Source: a virus
Length of the DNA stretch: 10,257 nucleotides
Virus genome (UHGV): UHGV-0185894
Reading direction: 5' to 3' (one strand)
Shown: positions 7,172 through 10,257 of the stretch, one piece after another
Layout of the letters: each line of letters begins with the position of its first letter
Numbering within the stretch: the stretch's first letter is position 1
Notes under the pieces: generated by a model
The model's input: the letters and a program-made list of their open reading frames with translations, nothing else
Database searches by the model: none
Told to the model about the DNA's origin: nothing
Position numbers and translations under genes: made by a program

Positions 7172-7476
7172 TACCAGTTCCTTTTGTCGTTCAGTTTTTT
7201 AAATTCATCAGCGCAATAGCTGGCGATTTCTGTCGTTAATTTCGTCAGTTCATCCACGGAGGAAATTTGCTTGTGAAATACAGCGCGTTTAACAAGTAAA
7301 TTGACCACATCAGACAGGAGGTTTAATTCACTCTGATAAATCGCGATAACAGATTCAGTTATTTCGCGTTTTTCTTTATCAAGACCAAGTTGAATAAGAG
7401 ACAAATCGCCATTTTTCATAACGGCGATTTTTAAGGCGTTATTCAGTAATACAACTGAACGAGAACAGAACATCAA
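7171..7476 (-). CDS. Small early-operon protein at the P2 orf81 position, 101 aa, function unknown
   Basis: Intact ORF tightly packed between neighbours (4-nt overlap with the upstream ORF) in the conserved orientation. Confidence 0.65.
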
Positions 7477-7697
7477 AGCACCTCCCCGCGAGACAATCCG
7501 ATATTGTGAAATTTTTCCGACTCCTGACTGAGCAGCTCGACTATCTCCACGCGGGATAACTCCGCCTTTGTGATGTGGCGAATCATGGCATCAAGATGAG
7601 AAGAAAAGCGCGTCGCAGCGTCGGCCTGTGCTTCGGTTCTGGCCTGTTGCAGCAGTAATGCGTATATACCGCACTGATTTTCAGAAACTGTATGCAT
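7473..7697 (-). CDS. Small early-operon protein at the P2 orf80 position, ~74 aa, function unknown
   Basis: ORF listed as 7473..7730; a start at Met12 (ATG 7697..7695) is preferred because GGAG (7707..7704) lies ~6 nt upstream. Confidence 0.6.
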
Positions 7698-7760
7698 AAC
7701 TTTCTCCAGGCAAAAAGAAGCCCCGCACAATTAAGTGCGTTAAAAACTCTGGTTAATTAC

Positions 7761-8261
7761 TTAATGCAGATATTGCTCCGGTTTTACCGACGTCAGAATT
7801 GTCGGTGCATACTCAAACAGACTGAATAATTCACGTAATGCACGGAATAAAGCATCACGCCAGTAACATGACTCTTCATTAATTCGCCAGTATGGCTGGT
7901 TGAATTCTTTTTCAGTCAATCCGGCATGCATAAATAAAGTACGACGCTGACTGACTGTTAAAAAACTAATATATGCATACTCACTTGCGCCAACCTGACG
8001 GCGTTTTGAGAATGCACCACGCAATTCATCAATTGCACATACCAGTCGTTCACGTTCGACGTCGTTCATTTCTTCAAAACACATCGTTGCGTGACGCTGT
8101 TTTAACTGAGCATGGAAGCAAACCGTTAACCGTTCGCGCTCCATCATCTGATTATAATAATCACATGTATCCTGCCAGCGAGGAACGGCAAGATGCTTAC
8201 CAATTATCCGGCGCATAGCTGCTGGCTGTTTTTCAACGAGATTGAGCGTCATCACTGTCAT
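7761..8261 (-). CDS. B: Replication protein B, P2 gpB-like (helicase-loader function reported for P2 B), ~166 aa
   Basis: Position between the orf78-like ORF and the orf80-83 cluster, with size as in P2. Start preferred at Met3 (MTVMTLN…, ATG 8261..8259) because GGAGGG (8277..8272) is 7 nt upstream of it but only 1 nt from Met1. Confidence 0.8.
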   Translation of the reverse strand: MTVMTLNLVEKQPAAMRRIIGKHLAVPRWQDTCDYYNQMMERERLTVCFHAQLKQRHATMCFEEMNDVERERLVCAIDELRGAFSKRRQVGASEYAYISFLTVSQRRTLFMHAGLTEKEFNQPYWRINEESCYWRDALFRALRELFSLFEYAPTILTSVKPEQYLH

Positions 8262-8452
8262 TTCCATACCCTCCGGCTTTTCAGAAAGGTCAGAGCCTTT
8301 TTTAACGGACTCTGTTTTTTGGTGCGGATAATGATTCCCTTACGCCCCTTACCGTGGGTGATGGTGAAGTCAATCGCCCTGGGGCTTTCGTTACGCAGTA
8401 ACTGAGCAATACAACGAGGCTCATTCATACGGTTCTCCTTAACGTGGTTCAC
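8258..8452 (-). CDS. Small basic protein at the P2 orf78 position, 64 aa
   Basis: Intact ORF between cox and B, overlapping cox by 14 nt and B by 4 nt (using the 8261 start). Lys/Arg-rich. Assigned by position. Confidence 0.55.
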   Translation of the reverse strand: MNHVKENRMNEPRCIAQLLRNESPRAIDFTITHGKGRKGIIIRTKKQSPLKKALTFLKSRRVWK

Positions 8453-8714
8453 CGAGACCTAACCACATCAACCAGCCGTCACGAATCTCTTTAGGGCGGC
8501 TTTCATAAGCCAGTTTTAGTCCGTTATTCCATGCCGGAAGGTATACCCAATATTCACCTGCACGACCTGAAGCTGATTGTGGATCGGTCATATCAATTAC
8601 AGGCAGCTTTCCTTTATCGATCATCCGACGAACCGCTCCTGTCGATTTTCCTATTAGTTTTGCGAACTCCTGATAAGGAATCGCATCAGTCATGAGTGTT
8701 ACTTGCTTGCTCAT
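8439..8714 (-). CDS. cox: Cox protein (excisionase / Pc repressor / directionality factor), P2-like, 91 aa
   Basis: 91-aa protein MSKQVTLMTDAIPYQEFAKLIGKSTGAVRRMIDKGKLPV… matches P2 Cox as I recall it; divergent from C across the switch region. Confidence 0.9.
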   Translation of the reverse strand: MSKQVTLMTDAIPYQEFAKLIGKSTGAVRRMIDKGKLPVIDMTDPQSASGRAGEYWVYLPAWNNGLKLAYESRPKEIRDGWLMWLGLGEPR

Positions 8715-8828
8715 GTCGTCCTCTAGCCCTCATGAATTGCGTTTAATGTCTTATAATGCCTTTTAGTGCCCACATCCAAGCACTAAACAATCTACATCTA
8801 AACTAAATACTATTGAGATCTAAACACC
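8715..8828. promoter_or_regulatory. Pe/Pc divergent promoter-operator switch region with C-repressor operator direct repeats
   Basis: ATCTAAAC occurs twice as a direct repeat (8796..8803 and 8818..8825) with a 14-bp spacer (22 bp centre to centre), which matches my recollection of the P2 C operator half-sites flanking the Pe -10. There is also an inverted repeat TAGTGC…GCACTA (8764..8769 / 8780..8785). Confidence 0.55.
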
Positions 8829-9128
8829 ATGTCAAACACGATAAGCGAGAAGATAGTCTTAATGCGAAAATCAGAGTATTTGAGCAGACAACAACTTGCT
8901 GATTTAACAGGGGTTCCGTATGGCACGCTGAGTTACTATGAAAGTGGTCGTTCAACACCTCCAACAGATGTCATGATGAACATCCTGCAGACCCCACAAT
9001 TCACCAAATACACTTTATGGTTCATGACCAATCAGATCGCTCCTGAGTCCGGGCAAATTGCGCCCGCTCTCGCACACTTTGGGCAAAACGAAACAACGTC
9101 GCCCCACTCCGGTCAAAAGACTGGTTAA
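8829..9128 (+). CDS. C: Immunity repressor C, P2-like, 99 aa
   Basis: 99-aa protein MSNTISEKIVLMRKSEYLSRQQLADLTGVPYGTLSYYESGRSTP… contains a helix-turn-helix-like segment and has the size and position of P2 C, divergent from cox. Confidence 0.9.
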   Translation: MSNTISEKIVLMRKSEYLSRQQLADLTGVPYGTLSYYESGRSTPPTDVMMNILQTPQFTKYTLWFMTNQIAPESGQIAPALAHFGQNETTSPHSGQKTG

Positions 9129-9243
9129 CAATTCATCGTGAATATATTCATCACAAGTGCCTACTATTGGTGGCTAAATTTCAGCCACCACGAAAAAAGC
9201 GATTAGTAGTCGCAAAAAAACACACCACTCGGAGGGTTTTCTG

Positions 9244-10257
9244 ATGGCAATCAAAAAACTCGATGATGGTCGATATGAAGTGGACATCCGCCCTACTGGA
9301 CGTAATGGAAAACGCATCCGTAGGAAGTTTGATAAGAAAAGCGAAGCTGTCGCTTTCGAGAAATACACGTTGTACAACCACCACAATAAAGAATGGCTAT
9401 CAAAACCAACAGACAAGCGACGTCTGTCGGAGCTGACACAGATCTGGTGGGATTTAAAGGGTAAACACGAAGAGCATGGGAAATCTAATCTTGGAAAAAT
9501 TGAAATCTTCACAAAAATAACGAATGACCCATGCGCATTTCAAATTACGAAATCGCTTATCAGCCAGTACTGCGCCACCCGAAGAAGTCAGGGTATTAAA
9601 CCTTCGAGTATCAATCGTGATTTAACATGTATTAGCGGCATGTTTACAGCCCTGATTGAAGCGGAGTTATTCTTTGGTGAGCACCCTATCAGAGGGACAA
9701 AAAGGCTTAAGGAGGAAAAACCAGAAACAGGCTATCTAACACAGGAAGAAATTGCCTTACTGCTTGCAGCACTTGACGGCGACAATAAAAAGATTGCGAT
9801 TCTTTGCCTGAGTACAGGAGCACGTTGGGGAGAAGCAGCTCGTTTGAAAGCAGAAAATATCATCCATAACCGCGTCACGTTTGTTAAAACGAAAACAAAC
9901 AAACCACGCACCGTCCCGATCTCAGAGGCTGTTGCCAAAATGATCGCGGATAACAAACGAGGTTTTTTATTCCCTGATGCTGATTACCCTCGCTTCAGAC
10001 GAACAATGAAAGCAATAAAACCGGATTTGCCAATGGGGCAAGCCACACATGCACTAAGGCACAGCTTTGCCACTCATTTCATGATTAATGGAGGAAGTAT
10101 TATCACGCTACAACGGATACTAGGTCACACGCGGATTGAGCAAACTATGGTTTACGCTCATTTTGCGCCAGAGTACCTTCAGGACGCCATTTCTCTTAAT
10201 CCGCTAAGAGGTGGTACTGAGGCCGAGAGTGTCCACACAGTGTCCACAGTAGAGTAA
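9244..10257 (+). CDS. int: Tyrosine integrase, P2 Int-like, 337 aa
   Basis: Size and position downstream of C; C-terminal catalytic region contains HxLRHSFATH and the Y of MVYAHF (R-H-R-Y tyrosine recombinase signature); GGAGGG RBS at 9231..9236; stop codon TAA is the last 3 nt of the window. Confidence 0.9.
   Translation: MAIKKLDDGRYEVDIRPTGRNGKRIRRKFDKKSEAVAFEKYTLYNHHNKEWLSKPTDKRRLSELTQIWWDLKGKHEEHGKSNLGKIEIFTKITNDPCAFQITKSLISQYCATRRSQGIKPSSINRDLTCISGMFTALIEAELFFGEHPIRGTKRLKEEKPETGYLTQEEIALLLAALDGDNKKIAILCLSTGARWGEAARLKAENIIHNRVTFVKTKTNKPRTVPISEAVAKMIADNKRGFLFPDADYPRFRRTMKAIKPDLPMGQATHALRHSFATHFMINGGSIITLQRILGHTRIEQTMVYAHFAPEYLQDAISLNPLRGGTEAESVHTVSTVE

Larger units (their letters stand above)
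1..10257. mobile_element. Segment of a P2-like temperate phage/prophage (terminase/portal late genes, cos, cargo locus, early replication operon, cox/C switch, integrase)
   Basis: Gene order and protein sequences match the P2 layout int-C-cox-orf78-B-orf80..83-A-(tin/old position)-cos-Q-P in reverse orientation. The reverse complement of 1418..1436 is GGCGAGGCGGGGAAAGCAC, which I recognise as the P2 cohesive end. Confidence 0.9.

Noticed and set aside
7973-8405. + strand ORFs 7973..8218 (81 aa) and 8193..8405 (70 aa) opposite B and the orf78-like ORF
   Set aside because: Antisense to conserved early genes and against the operon direction; no supporting signals.
9174-9956. Minus-strand ORFs within and upstream of int (9174..9512, 9181..9384, 9732..9956)
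   Set aside because: Antisense to the integrase gene and the C-int intergenic region; no RBS or motifs; int on the + strand is strongly supported.
1-10257. CRISPR arrays, tRNA/rRNA genes, insertion sequences
   Set aside because: No regularly spaced direct repeats, no cloverleaf-like tRNA candidates and no transposase or terminal inverted repeats were found on reading the sequence; the only mobile element evident is the phage itself.

Overview
This window is a contiguous piece of a P2-like temperate phage or prophage, read in reverse relative to the usual P2 map. Left to right: the 3' end of the terminase ATPase gene (P position), the portal gene Q, a hairpin/T-tract terminator, and an intact 19-nt P2-type cos sequence. 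Next comes an AT-rich two-gene cargo insert on the minus strand, then the early operon on the minus strand (A, four small ORFs at the P2 orf83/82/81/80 positions, B, an orf78-like ORF, cox), the Pe/Pc switch region with two 8-bp direct repeats, and C and int on the plus strand. The int stop codon is the last three bases of the window. The cargo sits between replication gene A and cos, where P2 itself carries tin/old and where P2-like phages are known to carry variable anti-phage genes. It encodes a Dam-family (DPPY, alpha-class) N6-adenine DNA methyltransferase and an upstream ~500-aa protein with an N-terminal ParB/Srx-like domain (NPR and GNRR motifs), a low-complexity linker and an uncharacterised C-terminal domain. 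I cannot match this pair to a named defence system from memory, so it is the main candidate for a new defence or anti-defence module. All protein identifications rest on my reading of the supplied translations and on recalled motifs and P2 gene order; no database search was run.
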